Shown: positions 50,700 through 63,968, counted from the first letter of the stretch. The stretch: 64,000 nucleotides of DNA from Asterias rubens (GCF_902459465.1 NC_047062.1:9300001-9364000), one strand, 5' to 3'. The notes: a model not told the origin generated them from the letters alone. Numbers and translations are program-made.

Positions 50700-52192
50700 T
50701 AACTGATGCATTGTCAACTGACTGATCGACCAATAATTGCAATGTCCATCCTGTTTATTATACAAGTACGTGTAAATGTTGTTTTTGCTAAAGATGAATT
50801 CATGAACAGTGACATCAACAACAGTCTAAACCACAGTTGATTTACGTTATTGTGGTCATAGACCACACAAAGGGACTCCTCAATATGTCACGTAGGCCTA
50901 CTATGACCATAGAAGACTGTCCTTACTCTATGCTATCACCTACCTAGCCCTGGTCCAGCGCTCTTTACGCATGCATCCCGCTTTGGATTCACTGGACTGG
51001 CACACTGTAATGCAGCACCTGACCGTGGGGTCGAACAATGGTTTTTCAACCTCGTACAACGAAGCAGAAAACAACTTAGCTCGTGTTTTACCTAGTTGTA
51101 TCATGATTCGACCCCACGGTATTAAATCAACTGCATGCATTACTGTGGAGTTCGTCATCCAACATGTGATTCATGTTACCTGGTAAATTCAACAATGGTT
51201 TTTTAGTTGAGTTTCAGCCATATATGACTACAACATGTTCGCCGGAGAGAGAAGATTGGAATAAAGCATGACCAGATGGGTAGGGGGGGGGGCAGGGAAG
51301 GGTCCATCCATGGTATGGTCCATCGAATCGTATTAAGCCCGGTTCATACTTCCTGCGAATGCGAATGCAGTAAAAAGAAGAGCCGAAATTGGTTTTGCAC
51401 GTACAACATCAAGTAAAGGCTTTGGATTCATGCTCACTTGTAAAACAGGTGAATCTGCATCTCATTATTTTGCTACACATAAATAAAACGATGCTATGAT
51501 TCGCTCACTTATTGTTCAAGTTGAGAAAAGAAGAATATACCAACGTTTTCTAAAAAATATCTTGGACAGCGTAATTTAAGTGCGCTTATCAAAGTCTCGA
51601 ATGCTAAAAATTTATATGTTTTTAAATCGCATATAATATATAGCTACAGGCCTACTTTTAGCTTGAATGTTGTTGCGTTTATTCATACGCGCATGATTCG
51701 AGAATCAACGACAGAGGGCTAAATTTTAGTAATTTTGAATTATAATGGGCCTCGAGTGTTCTTTTCTATGCTCGGTGTCCAAAACGTATCCCATGAGCCT
51801 GCTTCTACTTACAATTAGACAGGAGATAAAGTTAGTCATTGTCATACGAGGGATGCAGATGGGGAACTGGACATGGGGGGATGTATAATAACTCCGGATT
51901 CTGGTAAACGGTTAATGCACCTCGAGGCAGACTGTGGTACTGGTTCAATCTAATAAAGGACTGCACAAATCGGGATATGTGTACATGCAGATCACTGGAG
52001 TTATAGCAGAATGAATTACACCTCTCTATGGTTACACAAAGTGCTCCCTCCCCCTCCTCTCCAATAAGTGTCACATGACCATGCCTTGAAGTTTTTACTT
52101 TTATTGTTGATGCTGGAGAATATCTAGCTTGTTCCAGCAAATTAATTATCATGGAAAGAAGGAGAATTTGTAACAGTCTCGGTTTGGGGCTT

Positions 52193-52380
52193 TTAAAAAG
52201 GCACTTGACACTGTAATTACTCAAAAAAATATTTTTTAGGATAAAAACTTACTTTGTATAAATAACGAGCATGGGAGAGCTTCGTATAGTATTAAACATT
52301 GTAAGTGAAGTAACGTTGAGAAAGAGGTCATTTCTCACTAAAATAATAAAATACTTCAGAAGATGCAATAAGGTTAATGA
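52193..52380. mobile_element. Partial TTAA MITE
   Basis: aaaggcacttgacactgtaattactcaaaa...gtataaacattgt...gaagtaacg. Confidence 0.65.
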
Positions 52381-55300
52381 AGGCATTTGCCGACTGTTTT
52401 GTTCCATGGAGGAAAACATTTCCTCCATGCTTGTTCCAATCCTGTCCCCGTATATCTTTGACCTGGTAAACGAATCGGTTTCAATGGGAACGAGCTTGTA
52501 GTCATTAATCATCACTGTTTGCATTTAAAATACGTTGCCAAGACTCCGTGTTATACACGCCAAGTTAATGTTTCCCCATCTCAACTGGCAGACACGCCGA
52601 CAAATCAATCGCTTCAGGTTATTTCAAGTTCAAGATCTATTTTGACGTCAGAGGTGGAAGAGATATTATAACAAGTCACTAAGCATGTCAATAAACATGA
52701 ACTCCACATGTTCCGGTTACGAGTTGAACACTGAACTACCGCGTTTGATGATCGGAATTTGATATTTATTTCAATTGGTTGAAAATGCTTGATTGCCCAA
52801 ACTAAAACAAAAACAACATGTGACAAACATTTTTTAAAGCATTAAAATTGCCTTAGTTACAGGTTTGATCAACACGAAACAAAAAATCTGGTAAAAAAAT
52901 GGGGGGTAAACGCAGGTACTTCTAATCATAATATTAGTCACCTGTACACAAGATACACGAAATCCTTACCAATCAAGAACACAGACCCTAAATTCTCCAC
53001 AGGCCTCGAACAGGAAAATGTTCCGCTTGACCGTCAGACAGGAAATTCGATTTTTGTCTTAGCCAGCCCAGAAGGACCAGTTAGCTCAGTGTGGATGGCA
53101 AAGATAAGGGGTTTTAACTGAGATCTCGGGGGTTAAAAACCCTCCTCCCTTTAAGCCTGGGATCTATGGTGGCTTTGCTTTGGTTTATAATATTCAGCGA
53201 TTTCTTTTAGGGCCTAGGCTGGATTTTACCAGGAGATAATACTACTCTTATCTCGAGTTAGGACGTGTTACTTCTCCGAACTCAGCCTTAAGTTTTTAAT
53301 ACTTCCTATTATAACATATAGGACTAGAGTCCTAACTGTTTGTGAAATCGACCCATGAGCGTCTCTGTCCATGCCCTTTAATACTTTTCAAGAGTTACGG
53401 ACATGGTAATATTTATAAAGCAGGGATTTACTGCACACTCAACACAGACTTTGGCAGAGTGCATGAGGAAATTGAATAACGTAGCCTACATTTGGCACGT
53501 ATTATGGACACCGGGTGGTTGCAAAGGTGAAAGATTTCGGGCAGATAAACGAGTGAACAGATTTCCGACGTTGACTGGAAGCAGAAGGCGTGCAGTTGTG
53601 CCTTGAGGCTAGAGACCTGAGCCCAAAATTTCATATAGCTGCTAAGCAGAAAATACTGCTTAGCAAATTGCTAAGCAAAAGTGAGTGGGGCACCAGTTGC
53701 AACAATGAAAACTTCATATAAGTGTGGCTGGTATATGGTATAACCAGTTTTGTCAAGCAATATTTGTCTGTGCTTAGCAAGTTTTTATGCTCATAGGCTT
53801 TATGAATTTTGACTCGGGCGTCTCAACATAATGTCCTTTTGCACTGTTTTAAAGAATTTGATTTGACTGATTGGGTTTTATACCGTACCCCCGTCAAGCA
53901 AAATATAGTGACACCACAGAGAAACGCAAACTTTGTTTATTTTGACACTATGTTTTAGTTCACAATAACGTATTAATAAGCACTATTTTGAAGAACAAAA
54001 CTCTAGCTCGTTTGCACTTTTTAATGATTTTATTTTTAAACATAAGCATGGTAGAACAGTCTTACTTAATTTCTCGGTTACATGTTTCACTTGGTTTTTA
54101 ATCACTATAATCAAATTGCAGATCCAAGTTGCGGGGTCAGCTTCGGAAATAGTCATTGTAAACATAATGCATACGAGTCGATGGTGGCGTCCTGTCCCCC
54201 ATCTAACCTTTAACCCAGATTCATGACCAAGTCAAACCACATGCATATTAAGGCCATACCTGCAAAGAGTTATATAATTAATCAGGCCTTCACTTAGATC
54301 GGTTCAAAGTTGGTAAAACACTTTTAATGCTTTAATGTGTCCAACCCAAGAGTTTTAGACGGACCAGATGACCCTATTAAAGGTCCGAATAATTCAGTAA
54401 CACGTAGGCCTACATTTCTGGACCAGTGCGTCACACTGGACAAATTACCGGCTAAAGCCTTAACGAACTCTGCCCCAGAGTTCGCTGAGGCTTTGACAAG
54501 TTCATGTCATTATAGAACTTTTGCTCTGATAGTCATTTCCGTCCGAAATATACAATATTCAAATTAAAAAAAACTCTCTTCAGGGGATAGGGAAGTTGGA
54601 CATTTTGGTGGTTGTTTTTTTATAGCTTTGTTGACTCCTGGAAAGTCCCTGACAATGGTGACATATTTATGCCTGACAGCCTCTCATTACTCTGTTGAAT
54701 GGCTCTGAAGAATGGAAAGAAATTTGGTAAATATTTGGTGTAATAAATTGGTACACTATTCACCGATCGTGGTGCCAGTTCCAGGGTTTGCTTCGTTCGG
54801 TGCACTTTCCACACTGCTAAATCTTTTCATTACAGCCACAGAGAGGTTGATCGTTTCATGGCCACATATTATTATCGGCTGTGTTCATCCAGTGTATTAA
54901 AAGAGGTAGCTCTATTCTTGTTCATGCCATTCATTTCTATGCATTTCTGATCGATGTTGTTAAATGCATTACCCTGATGTCATCTCTCCATCTTCTTCTT
55001 TCCCTGTCCTTGGTTGCCATGATCCAGTATTCTTGTTGTCCATAATGTTGTCATTTCTTCGGGCAGTACGTCCAGGCCATCTCGATTTAGCTTTGTCGTT
55101 GAGTACTGTATTCCACATTAATTTATACGTGACAATGCACCATCGGTTAGCCTCATTTTTCAAACCACGGGGAATACGGATCAAGTTTTACGCATTATCC
55201 GGATGTCATTTCCAGTTTTTTTGATTGACTGTCGACTTGTGAGGAAATCATAAAATGGTAGACGCCAAAAACTTGCAGAACATCGTGACTTTTAATGTAA

Positions 55301-57227
55301 AGAGTTACTCGATCGAAACAAAGTTTTTTTTTAATTGACGATTGTTTTAACCCTATTATAAATGTAGATGCCGTACAATAAAATTATAAACCTGTGAAAA
55401 CTTAATTTCTTTTGGTGTATTTTTTAGACTAAATGCTGAGAATCCGGAGAGAACATGTCCGCGCAGGAAGACTCAATCCCTAATACAAATACATATAAAA
55501 AACATCTGATAAGATCAGTTACTGCAGTAACGCTTCTCAGGTTCAAATTTGAGGGGAATACAAACTGCTAGTCATCTTAAATACATAACCACAATACTTC
55601 AAAAAGTGTTTCACAGAATGTTGTATACTATCAAAGACTAGGCTTTCTAACCAAAATTATTGTTGCCATTAAGTTTATAGAGAGAGTACCAAACGTCCCC
55701 TTAAAACTTTGATTTCCCCCCCCCCCCATTTTGAACCAATACGTGCTTTCAGCAGACGAACATGCGTGATCCATGACGTATGGAGTTACCGTGGGTATAA
55801 ATGGTGTAGCATTGAATTGATATTTCCCGATGTCTGCACAGTTGACGCTGACGAAACCCATCACGTGATACTTTAAGACTACAGTCAAGGGTCACGCACG
55901 TATCATTAATGTAACATCGTGTTCCTGGACGTCACTCAGTGTCATTCCCACTGGACGGAACTGTCACCGGACTGATGAAGGTCATAATTACGTCAGCACT
56001 CCTATTACAAGGAGTTATATGTTACCTGAAATTTCCCTTACCGATATGATTGGCACGACATACACGACATGTATAAAAATGAATGTGAAATGTGAAAAAA
56101 ATGCTTGCACATGGCATGGTTTCATCTGAAGAGAGGGGATGGTAGAATCAACAAAGGGAAATAAACCAGGCGTCCTCACATTCCTTTGTATTTTTGGGTC
56201 CTCTCAGTGCACCAAGTGTTCCCAAAGAAGAAAAAATGTGAACATTAAAAGTCACATTTTGTTTTCCATAAGCAAGAAAAAAACATACAAATACAATAGT
56301 TATTTTGCCCTGTGTGTGGTGACACGGCTCACCTGAGGCTACTTGCCGGTGTCAGATGCAATTGTGTCCGCCATGCAATACTGTCCGCTCCGGACACTTT
56401 TGCATATGCAATCGTGTCCGGGGCTATGCAAAAACCGTCCGGTGGACATGTACATGACTGTACGTATGGCGCGCGTAAGCGAGCATGCATGCGCTGAACC
56501 TATGTATATATGCAGCATACAAATGTTTATGATTGCAGCGAATACCCAACGGCTGAACATTTCTAATGTCATTCATGACATGCACTTAGATAGTAAAACA
56601 ATGGCAAACAGGCATATGCACGTGTGAGCAAGAACACGTGAGCCTCTCCTATGCCTTTCTGCACAACTCTACCGCGCGCGCTATGCATACGCGCACGCAT
56701 GTCGGACCTTAGTGTCGGACCTTCGTTGCGTTGTGATTGGTCAATACGCAATGGGGCGGAGCTTAATGGATCGGTCTGCGGACACGATTGCAAATGCACA
56801 ACCGTCCGGCGGACATTATTGCATATACAATAATGTCCTCCGGGTAGTATTGCATAGAGGACATAATTGCATGCGACACCGGTCTAGCCCTGGCCATATA
56901 TAGCCTGAGCCATAAGGTATTCACTGCCTATCTTAAAGAAATATATACAGTTAATAAAATATTTGGCATAGTCTGTGAGATAGTCAGTCACTGGAGATAG
57001 TAATACGTGTAGCCCCATATTGCGAAATATATGTACATGTCTTTAGTTGTATGTTAGTGAGTTTTTTCCTGAACCTCAATCAAGTAGGCTATAGTCCACA
57101 CGATATTATTTACATAACGACGATAAATTAAGACACATCATAACGAGTTGAATGACATGGTGTGTACACCCTCGCGTTTTTGCGTTCTTAATTTATCGTC
57201 GTGAAGAACGAATCATTTTACATGTGA

Positions 57228-57368
57228 AGGCCGGTTACGAGTCGGTCGCGCGATTGTCGCGCGATGGAAATATTGACGCGCAATCATAAAAAGACACGGT
57301 TTTAAGGCCCCAGTCTTACGCAAGATTTCCATCGCACGACCATCGCGCAACCGACTATAAACCGGCCT
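57228..57368. mobile_element. Harbinger-type MITE with 3-bp TSD (TGA)
   Basis: TGA|aggccggtt...agtcggtcgcgcgat...atttccatcgcacgaccatcgcgcaaccgact...aaccggcct|TGA. Confidence 0.75.
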
Positions 57369-57869
57369 TGACCATGTTACACATATTGGATACCCGGGGA
57401 CCGCCTCAGGCGCGGTAGCCTGTCAACACGTTATTCATCTTGTCAGAATGGTGCCTCTCCCCTGGACTCCAGGCTATCCATCAACACAAACTAATATCAC
57501 AGAATGACAAACATTTGTTGCCGTTATTCCAAGGAATTAGACGACCCGATCTGATGTGCCATGTTGCATGTTCTTTGTCATAAGTGAAATTATACATGTT
57601 GGCTTACCCGTCAGGGTTTGGGTACTTGAACGGTGTCGCATGCAATTATGTCCTCTATGCAATACTATCCGGAGAACATTATTGCATACGCATTAATGTC
57701 CGACGGACGGTTTTGCATATGCAATCATGTCCGCCCGGACGCTGCAGCATAATGCATTTGTGTCCGCCCGGACACATTTGCATATGCAGTTGTGTCCACC
57801 CCCGTGCAAAACCGTCCTTGCAGTAAATTAATCGCCCTTGGTCGACGGAACACGTTCACCATTTTTTTT

Positions 57870-59975
57870 ACAAGCTAAGTGCTAATAATGGGAAATTTTC
57901 GGCCGTTGGGTATTCGCTGCAATCATGAAATACGTGAATATTCATGACGCATATGTTGAAATTGTGTTGAAATTGTGTGTGATGGAGATCGCTCCCTATC
58001 TGACAAAGTTTTTTAATTTTTCTCTTGATCAGGGTATTGTGACAAGTGCTTGGAAAGTTACGAATGTTGTCCGTATTCACAAACAGGCTGACAGGAGCGA
58101 CATTGGCAACTATCGTCCCATTGCCCTCACCTCTGTTTTTTCTAAGCTACTTGAGAGTATTGTTTCTGATAATCTCCGTTCCCATCTGGAATTGAATGGT
58201 CTGATGTATGATTTTCAGCATGGTTTCAGGCCAGGCCGTTCTTGTGCAACACTCCTTGCTGACACAATAACGGAGTGGTCTGAAACACTGGATCAAGTCA
58301 AGTCATGTGTGCATGTTATATCTCTTGATTATAGTAAAGCGTTTGATTGTATTTCTCATAATATTCTTGTAAACAAACTCAGATATTCCTATGGGATCCA
58401 TGATTCCTTACTTTGCTGGATTAATTCATTCCTCACAGGGAGAAAACAAAGGGTAGTTTTTTACGGATCTGAATCAGGCTGGTCTAATGTCACATCTCGA
58501 GTACCACAGGGGTCTGTCTTGGGGCCTTTGCTTTTTAACATTTATATTAATGACTTACATATGCAGCTGTCTAACTCCCCTCGCCACTATGCTGATGACA
58601 CTTTTTTGTATAGACAAATTCAGGGAGAAAATGATACTTTGTCCCTCCGGAGAGATCTTGACAAGATAAGTGCCTGGTCCAATAGAAATTTACTCCTTTT
58701 GAATCCAGGTAAATGCAAGTTTCTTTCCATCTCTAGAATGCGTCGCTGGTCATACCAGGTTTCATATTCCATAAATAATATGCTTATTCAAGAGGTCACT
58801 GAGCTTAAACTACTAGGTGTACTTGTTCAAAACAATCTCTCCTGGGATGCGCATGTTAATTTTGTCACAGGTAGATCCTATAGAACTTTGGGTTTTATTC
58901 GTCATGTTGTGGGAGACTGCAACTCTAAAACACTGCTCACTTTGTACGAGTAGACTGCAACTCTAAAACACTGCTCACTTTGTACAAGTCTATTGTTTTA
59001 CCTCTTTTAGATTATTGTTCTCCTGTTTGGCATAATATGTATCGTGTTAAACACGAGACTCAACTAAAAAAGGTTCAGAGGTATGCCACAAGGTTAATGC
59101 TTCATCAAAGGAGACAGGAACAACCCTACAATTATAGAAACAGGGCTTTCTACCCTAAGTAATAGAAGAGAATATCTGTTCTTTGCTTTTGTATGTAAAC
59201 AATAGTTGCTCACAATCATATAGGTGCCTTGTCATCCTTTTTATGCAAAATCTTGGTTAATGCTAGACACAAAGATAAACTTGTTTTTCATCATTTATCA
59301 GCCCGTACCGATTTGTTTAAATTTTCCATCCCCTGCCGTTTTGCTCGTGGCTGGAGCAACTTGCCAACTGACCTTGTTAACGATTTCATATGTGCCCCCT
59401 TACAGGAATTTTTTATCTAAGCTCAAAAACCATTTTGATGTATAGACTGGCTTTTTAAAGTTCTTGTTTTGCTCGTTTGCCTTTTTGTCCCTTGATTTGT
59501 ATCATGTTATATGCTTTTTAATTATTTTTATTATTGTTCAAATTTTTCCACCCCCTACTGTTTTGCTCTTAGATTGAGTTACTTGCCTGCTTACAATGTC
59601 ATTTCATATGTGTCCCCTTATCGGAATTTTGTTGTATTGCTCTTTAACCATTTTGATGTTTAGACTTTTTTTTTTTTACGTATATCATTTTATGTGTGTT
59701 TATCTGTGTATGTCTATGCTTGTTTGCCTTTTTAAATTGTTTAGTGATTTGTATTATCTTCTGTGCTTTTTTATATGCCCCCTCTTGCCTTAATGTATTT
59801 TTTAGGGTTTTAGGAGACATACGCCTTTTGGCGAGTTATTTTTTTAACTTTTATGCTCTCCTGGGCACCCCACTGTTGTTTTACTTTGTTTTCTTAGATA
59901 TTTTTAATGTATGTACATGTGCTTGTAAGTGTTATTGCCCGAATAAATAGTATTATTATTATTATTATTATTATC
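57870..59975 (+). mobile_element. 5'-truncated non-LTR retrotransposon (CR1/L2-group LINE) with reverse transcriptase fragment
   Basis: ORF 57925-58953 has RT motifs YRPIALTSVFSKLLE, QHGFRPGRSC, LDYSKAFD, VPQGSVLGPLLF and HYADD. The frame is broken by a 38-bp tandem duplication, and homology continues through 58980-59420. T-rich 3' UTR, AATAAA and an (ATT)n tail at about 59942-59974. No endonuclease domain. Confidence 0.92.
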
Positions 59976-61290
59976 ATATACGTAGGTTCAGTGCATGCAC
60001 GCTCGCTTACGCTGTACGGTTTTTGCATAGCCCCGGACACGATTGCATATGCAAAAGTGTCCGGATCGGACAGTATTGCATGGCGGACACAATTGCATCT
60101 GACAACGTCACAAAACGGCGTTTTTGAGAAATAATTGGTAAAACAATTTTACGAATTACTTATCGTCAGTCAGTGAGAAGAAAATTACTTTTAGCATGTA
60201 GGCCTATACAGTACACGCGACTCTCCTGAAAACACTGATCTGTGAATTTCACCTTTATTGTTTCCCTCAAAAAGTTGACGACTGAGAAGCTGATCTTCTG
60301 CACAGGTAAATTATATTACGTATATTATTATCTTGATTCACAGTGAGTTTTGTTTCATGTCATCGCCAAAAATCTTCACAAAATCGGGTACCATCAAAAC
60401 CCTTTCAAGAGGCGGGAACCGTCATTTCACCTCGGGCTCATTTTGAGTGTACAGACATGGCTTGACTAAATGGAAGTGCTCACACGGGCTAAGATTTTGT
60501 CGTTCACAAAGTCGTATCTTTAATAGTTTGTTGCCGGTATTGCCTCATACAACATTGATCAAATATCCATACTGATGGATTGGCATCGAAACGATGAGTT
60601 ATCATCAATGTTTCCGGGTGGATCGATCGCAACTATCGTTCTGAGTCATATTTGTAGTTCATTCACTGTGGAAGTAAACAAGGTATGTTCTATACACATC
60701 ATAAATAGCTACAGTTGTTGGAAATTCCCGGATTACCAGATTCAGTGCCGCCCGTCCCCCAGCGTTTAGTGCTGCCTCAAGGCTTACCTCTTCATGTATG
60801 CATGGAGGATTTAAGCTGTTTTAACATATTATGAGTGAAATCACCATCTGCCATACCATAGCCCTGTAAAATCAAGGCCCAATATTGCAGAAAATGATGC
60901 TTAGCCTCTTTTTTTTGCTGCGCCATCATGAATTGAGAACCACTACGCAGCAATGTAAACTTAATCATTTTTGCTGATTAACTGTTTTAGCTGAGAGCAC
61001 TAATTGGCTGTATATGTATATTATTAGCAAGTGTTTGCGCTTACAGGCTTAGAAAGTGGGTCCTGAAACAATTAAATGTCCCCGCATAATAAAAAATAAA
61101 TAAACAAGTATAAGTCACTCGATGTACACGATGTAGGCCCATAGAGTAGAGGCGTCCAGATGCGCTGGCCGTGTGTCATTCATAATATACATGGTGTGTC
61201 ATGTACGTGTTCTGTGTGTGGCGCGCTCAGACAGCTAAGCACGGTTGACTTAAACAAGTCTACCCTTTTCATTATCATCATAGAAACAAC

Positions 61291-63499
61291 ATGGCGTCCT
61301 TGGATATCGGTGGCCAGGGGAATGTAGTTGGTGATATCACAAGAGATTTACCCTCTTTGAAATTTGAGAACGCCATTTCTGAAGAAGAATCTTCGTATCT
61401 TATTCTTAGAGCTAGGTCTCACGCAATCACCGTGTCTGCTTGTGCACAGGCAACGTACTTTGCAGCCATTCTAAACGCGGCAAGGTAGGATTGATGTTGA
61501 TGTTGTTGGCAGTTCGTGTAGTGCATCCTTTTCGTGATAAACTTTTGTATTTAAAAAAACCAAAACAAAAACAGCTGTGAAGGAAATAGGTTAGGGAAGT
61601 ATGTCTGGCGGATTTTGACAATTCACATACCATGCATTGATTGAGTGATTGATGTGCTGGGCTAGCATGAGCTAGGAAATACCATCATCCATGAGCAATA
61701 GTTTATTGCTCATTGAATTGAAATACTAGTGACCCCATTTTTTATTAGTTGGGTCAATCCACTGGACTTCCTCGATCAGTGGATACAGCAGAAGTCCAGA
61801 TAAAGTTAACTTGCCCAAAGTTGGGGCTATGACATTCATAACAAGTATGTAAGTAAGTGGCATTCAGCTCACACTAGTTAATAAATCCAAACTATACTGG
61901 GAATTGATATTACTAAATTAGTAAGTGACACTACTTAACTTTAAAAAGAAAACTTTTGTTTTAATTAAAGTTCCAGTCACTGAGCAAGAAAGAAACATAA
62001 TGGGGAGAGGTTGTTAGTATAAAACATTGTGAGAAACTGCTCCCTCCGAAGTGTTTTCGAGAAAGAAGTAGTTTTCCACAAATTTGCTTTCAATACCTCA
62101 GAATTAGATTTTGAGGTCTCAAAATCAAGCATCTAATTCTGAAAGCACACAACTTCAGGTGTCAAGGGTGTTTTTTCTTTCATTATTATCTCCCAACTTC
62201 GACGACCAATTGGGCTCAAATTTTCACAGGTTTGTTATTATAATGTATGCATATGTTGAGATACACCAAGTGAGAAGACTGGTCTTTGATAATTACCAAG
62301 CAGGTCCAGTGCCTTTAACGCTTGGCAGTTCATGCGAATGCGAGGTGAATTTTGCTGGTGCTTTATTCAGTACGTACAATTTTCCACATGACAAAACAAG
62401 TTTGTATCACTTTCGCGTGAAGTATGAACCGGGCTTTACTTTACCCTGTTTACGTAAGTGCTGTGTATTTACCTAGGTCCAAGCACAATACCTGACCAAC
62501 CAGAGTAGCAACTGATGGGGCTAGCAAGAGCTAAACAAAATATTTTTAGAGTAACAATGTTTTTTTTTCTATATTTTTTTTCAGACAGCATATTCTGGAG
62601 CTGAGGAGTCCTAAGAAGTCCAAGACCTCAAAGTTCCTGCAGGATGCCCCACCAAGGGACCCTCTCCTGGTTGGAATTATTGGGTGTGGTCGGATGGGAC
62701 TGCATCTTGCCAACGCTTTGTTGACATATGCCGATGTGCAACCCAAGGAGTTAGTAGTGTCAACACGACGGCCAGAAACACTTAGTAAGAAATCGTTGAA
62801 AGTATGCTCTTTGTCATATATATTTCTGGTTTAAAGGGTTTGTATACCTTTTTCAGATCAAACCTTTGGCCATGACATGAATCCTTACTCAACCATGATT
62901 GAAGATGTATGTAATATGATTTTTCTGTATAAGCTTCAGCTTCATTATTCAGCAAGTGTTTGAGGAAACAAAATGAAAATCACAAGCAATTCTTTTCAGG
63001 AGAGTCGTGACTCAAGTTCAAATTTTTGTGCATACAACTTTGTTTAGCCAGGGTTGATAAGTTTACGCCTTTTTTGATGTCAAATTAGTGTCAGCAAATT
63101 TAATTGTAAGGCGAAGCGGTATCAAAACTATTGCGTTTTGGTTTTCTTAAAACATGTTTTCATAATTTTTCATGTATCAATTTGTTAGCTTTTGTAATTT
63201 ATTGTATTGTATTATTGTAGGCGCCCTGGGCACTCTATCGATGGATGTGTGCACGCTTTTAAGTTTTGCTACTATTATATTATTATTTACTCATTTTATA
63301 CTTTCAAGGTAAGCTTAAAGAGAAAGGGGTCACCTGTATCTACAACAATGCTGAAGTGGCTACATCAGTCCATCTCCTCTTCCTGTGTGTGCTGCCCTCA
63401 CAGCTCCCTGGTGTCACAGAAGACATCAAGGGCATTATTCCATCCAGTTGCACAGTTTACACATTCCTCGGTTCAGTTCTAATCCCAAGATTAAGACAG
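61291..63499 (+). CDS. NOXRED1: NADP-dependent oxidoreductase domain-containing protein 1-like; first three coding exons, continues beyond the window
   Basis: Exons 61291-61484, 62585-62784, 63309-63499 (GT-AG, phases 2,1,0). Peptides DLPSLKFE..., ACAQATYF, VGIIGCGRMG (Rossmann GxGxxG), VSTRRPETL and LFLCVLPSQLP match human NOXRED1 as I recall it (DLESLQFE, ACAHATFF, VGIIGGGHLG, ISTRRPETL, IFLCCLPSQLP). Confidence 0.88.
61964..62318. mobile_element. TTAA MITE copy in NOXRED1-like intron 1
   Basis: Family body ending gtccagtgcctttaa; left end degenerate. Confidence 0.72.
62322..62438. mobile_element. Small MITE remnant (AGCCCGGTTCATACTT family)
   Basis: ttcgcgtgaagtatgaaccgggcttt at about 62412-62437 is the reverse complement of aagcccggttcatacttcctgcgaatgcgaatgc at about 51335-51366; both share atgcgaatgcga. 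Confidence 0.5.
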
Positions 63500-63573
63500 G
63501 TACAAACCTAGCTAGGGGTCACCAGGGTGCAAAATTGAGTGGGGGATCCACCAGGGGTGGATTCCACAAAGAG

Positions 63574-63968
63574 TTAAAGGCAGTGGACACCATTGGTAAT
63601 TGTCAAAGACTAGCCTTCACAGTTGGTGTATCTCAACATATGCATAAAATTACAAACCTGTGAAAATTTTACCTCAATCGGTCATCGAAGTTGCGAGATA
63701 ATAATGAAAGAAAAATAACCCTTGTCACACGAAGTTGTGTGCGTTTAGATGGTTGATTTCGAGACCTTATCGGCTCAAGTTCTAAATCTGAGGTCTCAAA
63801 ATCAAATTCGTGGAAAATTACTTCTTTCGCGAAAACTATGGCACTTCAGAGGGAGCCATTTCTCACAATGTTTTATACCATCAACATCTCTCCATTACTC
63901 GTCACCAAGAAAGGTTTTGTGCTAATAATGATTTTGAGTAATCACCAATAGTGTCCACTGCCTTTTAA
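63574..63968. mobile_element. TTAA MITE, full-length copy in NOXRED1-like intron 3
   Basis: TTAA|aggcagtggacacc ... gtgtccactgcct|tttaa, with internal gatttcgagacct...aggtctcaaaatc stem. Confidence 0.85.

Larger units (their letters stand above)
56350..60104. mobile_element. Foldback-type element with modular long inverted repeats, hosting nested MITE and LINE
   Basis: Outer arms 56350-56510 / 59976-60104 (TGTCAGATGC...GCATCTGACA) and inner arms 56779-56882 / 57631-57733 are reverse complements, built from GTCCG/CGGAC and TGCATATGCA modules. Confidence 0.75.

Noticed and set aside
50940-52524. ORFs 50971-51186, 51832-52224 and 52249-52524 as exons of an extra gene between DUSP10 and NOXRED1
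   Set aside because: No recognisable domain or consistent splice chain, and they partly run into a MITE. An unrecognised gene cannot be fully excluded without RNA-seq.
56312-56903. Cys/Met-rich overlapping ORFs on both strands
   Set aside because: By-products of the TGCA-rich palindromic foldback arms.
19514-63663. Many 60-120 aa ORFs overlapping MITE copies (e.g. 19514, 26098, 31218, 31658, 49223, 62111)
   Set aside because: They are translations of the non-coding repeat body, with stops differing between copies.
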